Source of the DNA: Escherichia phage KK4
Reading direction: 5' to 3' (one strand)
DNA: 64,000 nucleotides
Sequence record: OR327750.1
The notes beneath the pieces were generated by a model. The model had not been told where the DNA came from, did not search any database, and saw only the letters and a list, made by a program, of their open reading frames with translations. Below are positions 1 to 9,863 of the stretch, piece after piece. The translations under genes were made by a program, and so were the position numbers. The stretch's first letter is position 1. The number at the start of each line of letters is the position of its first letter.

Positions 1-1096
1 CAGTCGCTTTAACTCCTTTTAAGGAACTAATTCTACACATCAAGGCTTCAAAGCACAGATCCATTCGTTCATTAAATAGCTCAACAAATTTCTGTTCATT
101 GAACTGTGTTCCAATATAAGAATCTAACGCGATGCGAGGAAGATTCAGTGTTACAACACCGAGATTATTACGTCCATCAAGAATTTCATTACCAGTCGAA
201 TCTTTCCATACGCTCAAGAAACTACGGCAGCCCATCGGAGAAACAGGAATAGATGAACCAGTGATAGCTTTATTGTTCTTAGCTGAAATAATATCAGGAT
301 ACATCCTTTTGCTTGCACACTCTAGAGCAAGCTGCTTAATATTATAGTTCGGATCGTCTTTATAAAGATTAACACCTTCTTCAACGAACATAACAAGCTT
401 AGGGAAAATAGGAGTTATCCCATCACGACCGAGACCTTTAATACGATTTTTCAGAATTGCTTTCTGAATCATTCGTTCAGTCCAGTCAGTTCCCGTACCA
501 AATGTAATTGTTACAAAAGGCGTTTGTCCGTTTGAACTAAAGAGAGTATTTACTTCATATTCATAAGCTTGGAATGCATCGTATACGTCTTTTTCTGTTT
601 TAGATTGAGCATAATTTAACGCATCAGCGATTTGCCATTTTTCTGCATCCTCAATATGTTTTGCATAGGTGCGTTTAACATAAGGAGAAAGTACTTTATC
701 TACATTAGCAAAAGTCGTTCCGCCGTATTGGTGAGAAGCAACCTGTGCAGTAATTTGTGCCATAATTGCAGTAGCAACGCCAATTGATTTAGGAGTTTCA
801 ATCTGCGCATTACCTAGCTTAAATCCGTTCTCAAGCATTCCTTTTAAATCTACTAAACAGCAATTAGTAAATGGAAGAGCAGGGGAATAATCAATATCGT
901 GGAAATGGATAATTCCGCTTTCATGCGCTTTCATAATAAAAGACGGGACCATATTTTTGGCAATGTGTTTAGACACAATACCAGCCATAAGGTCCCGTTG
1001 AGTTGGAAAAACACGAGAATCTTTATTAGCATTCTCGTTTAAAAGGTCTTTATTAGTTTTATGAATCAATCCTTCAATTTCTTTTTCAATTGTCAT
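1..1096 (-). CDS. nrdD: anaerobic ribonucleoside-triphosphate reductase NrdD, N-terminal ~365 codons (gene continues beyond window start)
   Basis: Manual minus-strand translation from ATG at 1096-1094: MTIEKEIEGLIHKTNKDLLNENANKDSRVFPTQRDLMAGIVSKH...; absent from ORF track because open at window edge; sits next to gene 49 as in T4. Confidence 0.7.
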   Translation of the reverse strand, partial: MTIEKEIEGLIHKTNKDLLNENANKDSRVFPTQRDLMAGIVSKHIAKNMVPSFIMKAHESGIIHFHDIDYSPALPFTNCCLVDLKGMLENGFKLGNAQIETPKSIGVATAIMAQITAQVASHQYGGTTFANVDKVLSPYVKRTYAKHIEDAEKWQIADALNYAQSKTEKDVYDAFQAYEYEVNTLFSSNGQTPFVTITFGTGTDWTERMIQKAILKNRIKGLGRDGITPIFPKLVMFVEEGVNLYKDDPNYNIKQLALECASKRMYPDIISAKNNKAITGSSIPVSPMGCRSFLSVWKDSTGNEILDGRNNLGVVTLNLPRIALDSYIGTQFNEQKFVELFNERMDLCFEALMCRISSLKGVKAT

Positions 1097-1566
1097 TTTA
1101 AACTCTTTCTAAGCTGCTTCTTAAATGAAGCTATTAACTGTGTTTTGGTGTCAGATTCATTATATTCAAATCCTCTTTGAAGCATCTCGGCCATCATTTC
1201 CTCTTTTCCTAAACGAGAAAATTCCTTTGATTTATCTCCAACAAAGTTAGGGTGAATATTATTTTGGGTGTAATCGGATTTTAAATAAGTAAGTAAATTT
1301 TCTAACCATTCAAGATAATCAACACCTTGTCCCTTTAAGCCAGAACGATTAAATTTATGTTTCATTTGACCTTCTGCAGCATTGCATAGATTACAAAGCA
1401 ATCCACGTACCTTTCCTGCTTTTGGTCCATTTAATTCATGGTCATGGTCGAGGTGATTAGCTTGAACATCAGGATTTAGTTCTCGTTGGCAAATTAAGCA
1501 TTTACCGTTTTGTGCATCATAAAATTTCTGTTTTTCTTCTTTATATAATTTGCCAGTCAATAACAT
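1093..1566 (-). CDS. 49: endonuclease VII (Holliday junction resolvase)
   Basis: 157 aa; zinc-binding Cys/His cluster CLICQ..HLDHDH..CNLCN; matches T4 gp49 from memory. Confidence 0.9.
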   Translation of the reverse strand: MLLTGKLYKEEKQKFYDAQNGKCLICQRELNPDVQANHLDHDHELNGPKAGKVRGLLCNLCNAAEGQMKHKFNRSGLKGQGVDYLEWLENLLTYLKSDYTQNNIHPNFVGDKSKEFSRLGKEEMMAEMLQRGFEYNESDTKTQLIASFKKQLRKSLK

Positions 1567-1608
1567 AATAAAACCCTTACCTTAAATAGATAAGGGTATT
1601 TATTATTT

Positions 1609-2094
1609 TTAAGTATTGTAAAACATTTGATGCAATCGCTTATATTGCCGAATCATTTGGTCAGAAAAAGAAATTTGAGTTTCAAGCCATTCAATGTACT
1701 CTGCGGCAGCTTGCATTAAATTTCCTTCATAACCATCGTTATTTTCTTGTGCAGCTAATTTAGCTAATGCGTATGAAATACGTTCACCTTGAAAATCGGC
1801 TTTAGGCTTCTGAACAACTTGATTAGTTCGCTCTACAACTTCTTCAATTTCGCCATTTTCAACGGATTCAGTATTCCACAAACACCAATACGTAATTGGC
1901 TTATCATAGATGTTAATAATCTTTCCATCAGAAAGTTCAATTTCAATAATTCCAGTATCAGGTTCTATATCATCTTCACATTCTTTTGCAAGTTCACGAA
2001 CTTTAAAGACAGTACCTGCACTAAGTTCTGGCCAGTAATTACACAGCCCTGTATCAGCACGATTAATTCTAAACCACTTATCTACTGTAATCAT
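1609..2094 (-). CDS. hypothetical protein, 161 aa from first ATG (ORF-track start is TTG); Pin protease-inhibitor candidate by size and position only
   Basis: ATG at 2094 preceded by GGAG; same length as T4 Pin; no sequence recall. Confidence 0.4.
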   Translation of the reverse strand: MITVDKWFRINRADTGLCNYWPELSAGTVFKVRELAKECEDDIEPDTGIIEIELSDGKIINIYDKPITYWCLWNTESVENGEIEEVVERTNQVVQKPKADFQGERISYALAKLAAQENNDGYEGNLMQAAAEYIEWLETQISFSDQMIRQYKRLHQMFYNT

Positions 2095-2216
2095 GTCCCA
2101 TCTCCATGTCAATTAAGTCATTTATCGTTGGTTCATTATATACTGTTTCTTCATCAGTGTAAACCGGTTCTTCCGGCTCTGGCTCTACAGTTTCCCATCT
2201 AGCCGCCCACCAGGGT

Positions 2217-2387
2217 TTAACCCCGAAGCTTATTAAGTTCTTCATAATCAATCCAGGATTCTAATCCTGATGGCAAATCAGATTCAATTTCCCAAAGAAG
2301 CTCTTCAATTTTCTGAAGACGATCTAGTTCTTCAGCTGGAATAGTAACCATTGATGGAGTTCTTGATACACTAATATCGTAAATCAT
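2217..2387 (-). CDS. hypothetical small protein (56 aa from internal ATG)
   Basis: Minus ORF in operon context; ATG at 2387 abuts stop of upstream ORF. Confidence 0.35.
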   Translation of the reverse strand: MIYDISVSRTPSMVTIPAEELDRLQKIEELLWEIESDLPSGLESWIDYEELNKLRG

Positions 2388-2389
2388 AT

Positions 2390-2605
2390 TTACCCCAGTT
2401 TGACCATGCAATCACCGTATTTCCACTTAGAAATAGACTTTTCACCATTAGAATAACAAACTTCGAGTTTAGCACGATTATTTTTAATTTGAATAACCTT
2501 GGCTGTCATCAAAGTTCCATACCCATAATAAACTGCAACTTCATCACCTACATATACCGCGCTTCCGCGGTAATCATGGATATAATCAGTTCCTTCGAGC
2601 ATCAT
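2390..2605 (-). CDS. hypothetical protein, 71 aa
   Basis: Minus ORF; 4-nt overlap with nrdC stop (translational coupling). Confidence 0.45.
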   Translation of the reverse strand: MMLEGTDYIHDYRGSAVYVGDEVAVYYGYGTLMTAKVIQIKNNRAKLEVCYSNGEKSISKWKYGDCMVKLG

Positions 2606-2865
2606 TTAAAGTATTCCCGCAATTGGTCAAATCCACCAATATGACTTCCATCAGGAGCAAATACCTGAGGCATTGTTAAGCCGATTTGAGTATCACGACC
2701 TAGTTTAGTCAGAAGCTCAGCGATTTTCTCATCATCAAAAACACCTTTTTCCGGCATAATGTTGATAAATTCAAACGGCTGTTTCTTCACGGTCAAAAGA
2801 CGTTTTGCATTATCGCAATACACGCATTTGTGGATGTTGCTATCATAACCATATACTTTAAACAT
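2602..2865 (-). CDS. nrdC: glutaredoxin/thioredoxin NrdC
   Basis: 87 aa, CVYC redox motif, MFKVYGYDSNIHKCVYCDNAKRLL... matches T4 NrdC from memory. Confidence 0.9.
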   Translation of the reverse strand: MFKVYGYDSNIHKCVYCDNAKRLLTVKKQPFEFINIMPEKGVFDDEKIAELLTKLGRDTQIGLTMPQVFAPDGSHIGGFDQLREYFK

Positions 2866-2866
2866 A

Positions 2867-3109
2867 TTATTCCTTAATTCCTAATACTTGTTTAAAAGTC
2901 TCGTCGTAATCAAGACTTTGGCCTGTTTGTTCTTTATGTTTGTATATAATATCACTTACTTCTGATAGCATATTTTTATATGAACGAGTTAAAGCAGATT
3001 TAAGCACGCTGTATCTATCAGGAAATTTACCATGTTCATTATAATACGCTATTGCTAATTCACGGACTGCCTTTTCAGCAATCTCCATATATTCTTTACG
3101 CTTGGTCAT
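2867..3109 (-). CDS. hypothetical protein, 80 aa
   Basis: Minus ORF tightly packed after the next gene upstream. Confidence 0.5.
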   Translation of the reverse strand: MTKRKEYMEIAEKAVRELAIAYYNEHGKFPDRYSVLKSALTRSYKNMLSEVSDIIYKHKEQTGQSLDYDETFKQVLGIKE

Positions 3110-3392
3110 TTTCTTCTCGGTTAAATCGGTGTTTGCAATGACGACATTTATAACGAAGAATACTAGTCTGCCAATGAACTAATTGTACCTGTTCAGTACC
3201 ACACTTTGGGCAGTTTGGAACATTCTTAGAAGATTGCTCACGACGACTAACCATAGCCATAATGGCATCCCATGCTGGAGGTTTAAAGTCTAAATCGTCG
3301 GTAACTAGCAGCCCTTTATCAAACCCAGCGCATGGAGTCCATTCAGGAAAATCTGAAGCTTCGGCAATATCTTCTAATAAGCGCTTTTTCAT
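3096..3392 (-). CDS. hypothetical zinc-ribbon protein, 98 aa
   Basis: CPKCG...CRHCKHRF Cys4 motif at C-terminus. Confidence 0.5.
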   Translation of the reverse strand: MKKRLLEDIAEASDFPEWTPCAGFDKGLLVTDDLDFKPPAWDAIMAMVSRREQSSKNVPNCPKCGTEQVQLVHWQTSILRYKCRHCKHRFNREENDQA

Positions 3393-4318
3393 TTCAGTAC
3401 CTCAATAGCATTACGTAAACCATTTGCTTTTGCATTAAGAGCTTTTAACAATTTGGTGTGTTCGGCAATCTGGGCTTCAACTTCAACCAGTCGAGATTTG
3501 AGATATTCGCGTTCTTCACTCAGGTTATCAGCCTTTTCTGCTTTAGGTTCTTTTACAACTGGCTTATATGTATTAGGGTTCTTCAGTTTAATTAGAATGC
3601 GTGAACTGTACAGCATTGAACCATTATCTTCGGTTTCGTCATACATTTCTACTACGTCCATGATTTTTAACATCATGCGGAGTTTATAAGACAACGAACG
3701 AATAGTTTTGTTGTGCTTATTAATTTCTCTAGAGTTCATGGTGCCGAGATTACGTGAGTAATAATAAGGAACCTGGATATTAATTAATACTGATGAACCA
3801 CCTGGCTTGTGTGTTACTTCATCAGCAATAACCCAATCCTTAACATGAACTGTATTTGTACGGTCATCGCCCGTGGTAAATAGTTTACGAGCATGCTTAA
3901 AAAGCATATTCACTTGGTCATTGAATTGACAAGCGAATTTATCAGCAAATTTAGTTTCGGGAATGGTAGATAACCAATCAGCCAAATGGGTCTTTTTAAC
4001 ATCGTTAACAATAGTAAATTCAACCAAATCGGTTATAGATGTCTCAGATTTAATGAAGCTCGGCTTCATAAAGTTTTTAATGTTATCACTAGCTACAGTA
4101 GAAGATAACAGACGAGAACGTTTAAACCATTGAAGCAAATTGCCTAACGAATGAGAATAAGCGTTTTGAGTATCTTTACAGATATGATTTTCCTGGCCAA
4201 CATATTGAAGGAAATCACGAAGAATATTATTGATTACTGCCCTGTGTCCTATCTGATAATTACGATGTTTAGTAATAAGACTGTCAAAATAATCAATATA
4301 ATGTTTACGAGTTTTCAT
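3389..4318 (-). CDS. hypothetical protein, paralog family member 1 (309 aa, C-terminal coiled coil)
   Basis: ATG start; begins MKTR like member 3; heptad-rich C-terminus. Confidence 0.6.
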   Translation of the reverse strand: MKTRKHYIDYFDSLITKHRNYQIGHRAVINNILRDFLQYVGQENHICKDTQNAYSHSLGNLLQWFKRSRLLSSTVASDNIKNFMKPSFIKSETSITDLVEFTIVNDVKKTHLADWLSTIPETKFADKFACQFNDQVNMLFKHARKLFTTGDDRTNTVHVKDWVIADEVTHKPGGSSVLINIQVPYYYSRNLGTMNSREINKHNKTIRSLSYKLRMMLKIMDVVEMYDETEDNGSMLYSSRILIKLKNPNTYKPVVKEPKAEKADNLSEEREYLKSRLVEVEAQIAEHTKLLKALNAKANGLRNAIEVLK

Positions 4319-4370
4319 GTTCTTCTCACTTTGTTAATGATTTGTACTCCGAGCCATCCTTGGCTTTAAA

Positions 4371-5372
4371 TTACTTAATTAACTGTAAAGCTTGTTCAAG
4401 ACGATCCAAGCGATTAACAGATTCTTCCCAAATCCTTTTAGCCTGCTCATATTCTTTCTGTGCTTTATTAGAAATTTCTAGAACTTCTTTATAAGCTTTT
4501 TCTAGTGCAATAACTTCTGGACGAATTTCTACCGATTCAGGTGAATCATCAAGATTATCCATTAGTTCCTCAAGGGTAGTTTCTTCTTTAGGGGTATTCA
4601 CAATTTCTTCACATTTTTGTTGATAAATTTCTTTATTAGTAGGTGAGTACGCGCACTTTACTTCACGAAGACTAACTACAATTTTATATCCTTCCCAACC
4701 GCATATATTCTTAAAAGGATAAGTATGAATATTTTCTACTGTTTCCATACAAAGTAATGCGGTCTCTAACTGACGAGTTATATCGCTAGCAATTGAGAAA
4801 AATTTATTAATGTTCTTTTGATTAGCTTCTGGTGTAAAAAATTCATAATTCACAAAAATAGCTGCTTTATTTTTATCAAGCTCATATTCTTTTATGATAA
4901 TCATATCAGAAGCCCAAGGATGGATTTGACGATAATCACCATAGCATAATTTAGAAGCTGATTTTAGAATTTGCTTCTTGAAAAGTCTAAAATTACTAAT
5001 CCAACGACGAGTAAAAATATTCTCAGGGTCTTCTTTATTATTAAGATGATAAGAATTAACATCACCGAACCAACTGTATCCTACTACATCTTTAGTTCGT
5101 TTAATTTCTTTCCCAAATTTACCAAGAATATCTTGATTAACTAAATATGAAAGAAGACGAGAACCTTTAAAAGTTTCCTTAATATCATCTTTATATTCGC
5201 GACTAGAAATTTTATGAACTTCATGAATAAATTTGCTGGAAGAAACAATACTTGCATCAGTATTATTGAGCCATTGATTGATAATGGAAATAACACTATT
5301 CTGACTAAACACAGGTTTAACTTTATCATCAATAACGCTATTGAATGATTTGATATATTCGTTACGAGTCAT
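4371..5372 (-). CDS. hypothetical protein, paralog family member 2 (333 aa from ATG with GAGGAG Shine-Dalgarno)
   Basis: Shares RxW..F(R/K)KQ(I/L)..ASxL core and C-terminal coiled coil with neighbours. Confidence 0.6.
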   Translation of the reverse strand: MTRNEYIKSFNSVIDDKVKPVFSQNSVISIINQWLNNTDASIVSSSKFIHEVHKISSREYKDDIKETFKGSRLLSYLVNQDILGKFGKEIKRTKDVVGYSWFGDVNSYHLNNKEDPENIFTRRWISNFRLFKKQILKSASKLCYGDYRQIHPWASDMIIIKEYELDKNKAAIFVNYEFFTPEANQKNINKFFSIASDITRQLETALLCMETVENIHTYPFKNICGWEGYKIVVSLREVKCAYSPTNKEIYQQKCEEIVNTPKEETTLEELMDNLDDSPESVEIRPEVIALEKAYKEVLEISNKAQKEYEQAKRIWEESVNRLDRLEQALQLIK

Positions 5373-5429
5373 ATTAATCTCCTCAGTAGAAAGTAAGAAC
5401 ATTATACCACATCCTTGTGGCAAAGTAAA

Positions 5430-6449
5430 CTAGTTTAGTGCATTTAGTGCATTGTTCAGTTTAGAACGTTGCTTCGTAAGATTTTTGACTTTTTCTTGTG
5501 CTTTTTCTAGCATCTTTTCAGCTTCTAGCACTTCATTGGTCGCTTTAACGAGTTCATCATCTACTGTCTTAAGAGACTTCTCAATCGCATCCGCGTGCCA
5601 TTTTTCAACAGGTTTAAGACTCGGATTTTCAATAGGAAGAAAATTCACTTTATTAAATTTCCATGCATCTTTATTACCTGAGCTATACATCCAAAATTTA
5701 GGATCGTTTGATGAGCAATTAGATAAATTTAAGTTATCTTGCACTTCCTGCTTTTTCTCTTGCGGGACTTCGTCCTTTCTCAAAAAATCGTATTTAAATG
5801 AAACGATCATATCAAGTTCATACGTTGTTGTATGTTCCCAATTTCGCTCAAAATGAGGTAAAATCTTAGATTGAACAGCGGCAACAACATCCATATACTT
5901 AAATGCTTCTGTCAACTGTGATTTAAGGCATTCACAAATTGAAAGAGAATTTTTTGTATTAGGTTTAAAGCTAATTCGTGCAGTTCTGTTATTTTCTTTT
6001 AATGGTCTTACTTCCATCTGAAGAGTATAACCATCAAATTTCAGGTTCTTTAAGTTAATATCAGAACCTTTTAATCGACTAGCCGTCGACAAAATTTGCT
6101 TTAATTGTTTACGGAATAGAGCAATAAATCTCCATTCAATACGATAATGATTTGGATTAAAAAATCCAGATGATAAATTAACCTTACTCTGACCAACGCC
6201 TTGAACAAATAGAGGATTTTTATAATCAATAGTTTTACCGAAATCGGTGAGCTGCTCACGAGCAGTCATTTGTGTAATATACCCCGCTTTACTAAAATGA
6301 CGTAACCATTCACTGCTATTCATATATTTAAAGTGAATATCACGATTAACTTTATCAGGGTCTAAATTATTTTGGCACAAAAATGTCATAACATCACGAG
6401 TATAGCTGGCATTACGAACCATATCTTCAATTTGAGAACGAGTTTTCAT
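5430..6449 (-). CDS. hypothetical protein, paralog family member 3 (339 aa)
   Basis: ATG with AAGGAA Shine-Dalgarno; MKTR N-terminus; C-terminal coiled coil. Confidence 0.6.
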   Translation of the reverse strand: MKTRSQIEDMVRNASYTRDVMTFLCQNNLDPDKVNRDIHFKYMNSSEWLRHFSKAGYITQMTAREQLTDFGKTIDYKNPLFVQGVGQSKVNLSSGFFNPNHYRIEWRFIALFRKQLKQILSTASRLKGSDINLKNLKFDGYTLQMEVRPLKENNRTARISFKPNTKNSLSICECLKSQLTEAFKYMDVVAAVQSKILPHFERNWEHTTTYELDMIVSFKYDFLRKDEVPQEKKQEVQDNLNLSNCSSNDPKFWMYSSGNKDAWKFNKVNFLPIENPSLKPVEKWHADAIEKSLKTVDDELVKATNEVLEAEKMLEKAQEKVKNLTKQRSKLNNALNALN

Positions 6450-6457
6450 AGTGTTCC

Positions 6458-7345
6458 TTAAGATTTAAGTAAATCAACAATTTTAATTAACTTTTCACGC
6501 TCAGATTTAGCTTTACTACTCAGTCCAGATAGTCTGAAAATTTCATCATCATATTGCTGAATAGAAATATTCAGCTCTTCAATCTGCTTATTAAAATAAT
6601 CAATTTGTTCAGAATGTTTTTCGTTACTACGAACTGGTACAGGTTTTGTAGGTAATTTAGATGAACTGGATTCATCCTGGCGATAAATTAAAATACAACT
6701 TGAACCAATTGGACATTTTGCACCAGATGAATATTCTAATGTTCCAGCTTCTTTTAAAACTTCAAAAGCTAAACAGAGATGATGCCCCATATTGACATAA
6801 TCTGTAGAGCGAGCTCTGACGTAATAATCATCTCCGCGAATACTAAATTTAAAGCATTTAAGGTCTTCTGTATTATTGGTCTTAAAAATCATTTGTTTAT
6901 CTAGACCCTTAGCTAATCGAGCGCCTAATGCTAATAATCGTCGTTGATTTTCCCACAAATCCTCAATCATTTGATCGAATGATAATTTTGGCATTAGTCG
7001 ACCATAAAGGTCATATCCTTTATTATAATTACGAAGGATTTCACTCGCGTTAATACGAGACAACGCTCCAATTTTATTAAGGGCTTTCATGATGCGATTA
7101 GATAAACCCATTCCAGACCCGTTTGTTCGCTGTAAATGTTTTTCTAATCCAAATCCAATATCAACTTTAAACTTATCTAAAATTTCTGCATGAACATCTC
7201 TGTCAATAACATTTAAATTTAGTACTGGGTTAAATCTATGAAAAAATTTATCTGGCTCTCCACGACGAAGTACAGTCCATTCATTCAATTTTTTATTAAC
7301 TAAAGATTTAATTACTGCATTGACATTATTAATTACGACTGACAT
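6458..7345 (-). CDS. hypothetical protein, paralog family member 4 (295 aa from ATG; ORF-track start is TTG)
   Basis: ATG at 7345 preceded by GAGGAAAA; C-terminal coiled coil. Confidence 0.55.
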   Translation of the reverse strand: MSVVINNVNAVIKSLVNKKLNEWTVLRRGEPDKFFHRFNPVLNLNVIDRDVHAEILDKFKVDIGFGLEKHLQRTNGSGMGLSNRIMKALNKIGALSRINASEILRNYNKGYDLYGRLMPKLSFDQMIEDLWENQRRLLALGARLAKGLDKQMIFKTNNTEDLKCFKFSIRGDDYYVRARSTDYVNMGHHLCLAFEVLKEAGTLEYSSGAKCPIGSSCILIYRQDESSSSKLPTKPVPVRSNEKHSEQIDYFNKQIEELNISIQQYDDEIFRLSGLSSKAKSEREKLIKIVDLLKS

Positions 7346-7352
7346 ATTTTCC

Positions 7353-7760
7353 TCACTCAATTTCAATTTTACTAAATATACAGAATAAGATGGAACAGAC
7401 TATATAAGCACCGCATACAGATTGAACTAATACCATTCCAAAGAACCAAACAATATTATCAAACAATGTCTGTTTTACGTCGAAAGGACGTAAACTTACA
7501 GTAATATTATCACCTTTTTCTATTGAAGAATACATCTCTGGGGAAATATATTCACTAAATCTATAACCGTCTTTGAGTTCATATACGGCAATAAACGATA
7601 AACTAGACCCCTTTCCTTGTGTTCCTGTAATAGTATTAACTACAGTAACATCATAATCTTTATAATGCATATAATCATTAATTGCGTAATAACCATATGC
7701 AACTACTACACATAAACAACATATCAATAAATTCAATCTTTTAATTATCAACTGTTTCAT
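7353..7760 (-). CDS. predicted membrane protein, 135 aa (N- and C-terminal hydrophobic helices)
   Basis: Hydrophobic N-terminus LLICCLCVVVAYGYYAI and C-terminus FFGMVLVQSVCGAYIVCSILFCIF. Confidence 0.55.
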   Translation of the reverse strand: MKQLIIKRLNLLICCLCVVVAYGYYAINDYMHYKDYDVTVVNTITGTQGKGSSLSFIAVYELKDGYRFSEYISPEMYSSIEKGDNITVSLRPFDVKQTLFDNIVWFFGMVLVQSVCGAYIVCSILFCIFSKIEIE

Positions 7761-7815
7761 AATAATCTCAATTAAAAGGGCTTAGAACCATTATACCATC
7801 CTTGGTATAAAGCGG

Positions 7816-8343
7816 TTATGCGAGTACCGTCTTTAACCGTTCTTCAAACTTCCGAAGAGTATTTTGGCGTTCAGCTCTTTGCTTTTTGTAAGTTTCAATA
7901 CGCTCTGAAATGAGAGAGTATCGTTCATTTACTGATTCTTTCATAAAATCAGGAATTTCACGAGAAGCTTTAATCTCATCAAATTTATCAATAACAGCTT
8001 GCTCTTCAGCAATTAAGTTATCATACATTAAAATATCTTTCTTGATGAACTCAATATCTTCTTGAGTTACACGAGATAATTTAGATGCTTTATCCTTTTT
8101 GTACTGTTCGTTAGTATCACGAGACCAGTGTAATGTACGATTTTTATTCGTATTTTTGTAAATTTCTACAATACCAATCTCATCAATAATAACGATCCAA
8201 TTCCAGCGGGATTTGTAAATTTGTCCTCCATCAACTGTGATTTCACCTCCGATTGAGATGTCGTTAAAGAACTTGCTTTGTGCTTCAGATTTAAATTTAC
8301 CATCATTGTAATTTACCAGGTTGAAAATATCTTTAGCGTTCAT
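7816..8343 (-). CDS. hypothetical protein, 175 aa
   Basis: ATG with GGAGGA Shine-Dalgarno immediately downstream of early promoter cassette. Confidence 0.55.
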   Translation of the reverse strand: MNAKDIFNLVNYNDGKFKSEAQSKFFNDISIGGEITVDGGQIYKSRWNWIVIIDEIGIVEIYKNTNKNRTLHWSRDTNEQYKKDKASKLSRVTQEDIEFIKKDILMYDNLIAEEQAVIDKFDEIKASREIPDFMKESVNERYSLISERIETYKKQRAERQNTLRKFEERLKTVLA

Positions 8344-8372
8344 TTTGTGTTCCTCCGTAGTTGATAGTTGTA

Positions 8373-8401
8373 TAGTACCACAAAGGAACAGTCTTGTAAA
8401 C
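8373..8401 (-). promoter_or_regulatory. T4-type early promoter (-35 GTTTAC, 17-18 nt spacer, -10 TACTAT)
   Basis: Minus-strand GTTTACA...TACTATAC, ~25 nt upstream of ATG at 8343. Confidence 0.55.
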
Positions 8402-8403
8402 CA

Positions 8404-8706
8404 CTAAAAGAAACTTCTTTCACAATTTTTTCCACTGAACCACGCGCTCACCGCTTTCTTAGTCTCAGGAGCAGTGTTATCCATAAACCATTCAAAAGCA
8501 GCCTTTTTATGATTCTGGAGGGCTTCTCGGGCTTTAATCTGCTCACGGTCTATTAACACTAACATATGAGCCTTTCTTGTCACCATGGGCTTCTTATGAT
8601 TTTTTGAATACTCCCAATCATTTGTCCATCGCATCGTTGTTGCGAATTGAAGTACAGCTTCTTTAATTTTAGTTTCGTAAATTTCACGAGCCTTTGAGTA
8701 TAACAT
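8404..8706 (-). CDS. hypothetical protein, 100 aa (start moved to ATG after GGAGG)
   Basis: First ORF-track ATG lies inside the Shine-Dalgarno sequence. Confidence 0.45.
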   Translation of the reverse strand: MLYSKAREIYETKIKEAVLQFATTMRWTNDWEYSKNHKKPMVTRKAHMLVLIDREQIKAREALQNHKKAAFEWFMDNTAPETKKAVSAWFSGKNCERSFF

Positions 8707-8807
8707 CACTACCTCCATTTACCAGTTTAATTCTAGTCATCTTTTTGATGGCAGTCCATATAATCTATTTCTGAACTGCCTTTTTGTCATAGAAGTTCTC
8801 TTATGAA

Positions 8808-9776
8808 TTATTTCAGAAGAGTAACCTCAGCAATTTCTTCCCAACCGTTTTTGTCGGTCATAATAAAGTCAGCAAGATAAAGAGCAGTACGCAGTGAAAC
8901 ATTGCGTAAACGATTAACATTAACTTTCATCCATGATAATGCTTTATAAGTTTCTTCATCAGAAAGACCGCGCTTTTGCATCATGTCAGTTGAAAGAATA
9001 ACATCTTCAACCCTGACCATAATTTCTTCATTAGTGTGAACACCCAAATCCAAATAAACTGAGCGGGACACTAATGCTTGTAAGTGTGGAGCAAGTTTAG
9101 TACCACGGTCTAATTCGCGGTCAATGTCAACGTTTGTGATAAAAACAATCGTTCCTTTAAATTCAAACTCACGGTCAATGCCTTTTTCTTCTAAGTAAGA
9201 AGATGCAGTGCTCCAGCAGACTTTACGGGTCTCTCCAGTGTCCAGAGCAGCTTTCAGAAGATTAAGAATGTCCATATCAGAGAAAACATCCACATCATCA
9301 ATCAAAAGGACAGAATTCTCTTCACGATTATTCCAAAGCTGCTCATAAAGACCAATACCAGAGATTTTACCATTAATGCTTTTATATTCAATGTATCCAT
9401 TATCATTTGCTTTATTTAAAGCTTTATCTAAAGAATACGTTTTACCAATACCTGCTGCGCCAGAGATAATTAATGAACGAATATTTCCATTAATAATACC
9501 ATTCGTCATCATTCCCATAACATTAAATCTTTTATTAATGCGGGTTTTCATATCTTCATATGATTCTTTAACTTCTTCAACTTTTACACCATCATATGAA
9601 ATATCTGATTTGTAAACCCAAACACCGCGACGTTTACCGTCAATTTCAACAAAAACTTTACCATCTCCTTGTGCATCTACCGGAGCATTATCTGGGAACC
9701 ATTCGCCTAAGAGCTCAAAAGTTCCAGAGATTTCTTTACCGAAGTAGATACCCTTATTGATAGTTACAGTTTTCAT
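8808..9776 (-). CDS. P-loop (AAA-like) ATPase, 322 aa
   Basis: Walker A GAAGIGKT, Walker B LLIDDVD, TIVFITN sensor-like segment; start moved to ATG (MKTVTINKG) after GGAG because the longer ORF reads through the promoter. Confidence 0.65.
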   Translation of the reverse strand: MKTVTINKGIYFGKEISGTFELLGEWFPDNAPVDAQGDGKVFVEIDGKRRGVWVYKSDISYDGVKVEEVKESYEDMKTRINKRFNVMGMMTNGIINGNIRSLIISGAAGIGKTYSLDKALNKANDNGYIEYKSINGKISGIGLYEQLWNNREENSVLLIDDVDVFSDMDILNLLKAALDTGETRKVCWSTASSYLEEKGIDREFEFKGTIVFITNVDIDRELDRGTKLAPHLQALVSRSVYLDLGVHTNEEIMVRVEDVILSTDMMQKRGLSDEETYKALSWMKVNVNRLRNVSLRTALYLADFIMTDKNGWEEIAEVTLLK

Positions 9777-9800
9777 TTTATTCTCCAAATCCGTATCAGT

Positions 9801-9830
9801 TGATAGTTGTATAGTACCATAAAGCTTTAT
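9801..9830 (-). promoter_or_regulatory. T4-type early promoter cassette upstream of ATPase gene
   Basis: GTTTAC-N18-TACTAT; A/T-rich UP-like element; same 21-nt -10/leader segment as at 8360 and 24045. Confidence 0.55.
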
Positions 9831-9863
9831 GCTTGTAAACCGTTTTGTGAAAAAATTTTGAAA

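Noticed and set aside
132-347. Plus-strand 71-aa ORF
   Set aside because: Lies antisense inside the nrdD coding region; no Shine-Dalgarno; typical shadow ORF of an AT-rich genome
1789-2202. Plus-strand 137-aa ORF
   Set aside because: Antisense to the 161-aa minus-strand gene; low-complexity F/N/I-rich translation
5452-5856. Plus-strand 134-aa ORF
   Set aside because: Antisense to paralog member 3; Ser/Phe-rich low-complexity product
7761-7815. Possible promoter upstream of membrane-protein gene 7353-7760
   Set aside because: A TATAAT -10 is present on the minus strand but no GTTTAC-like -35 at correct spacing; left unannotated
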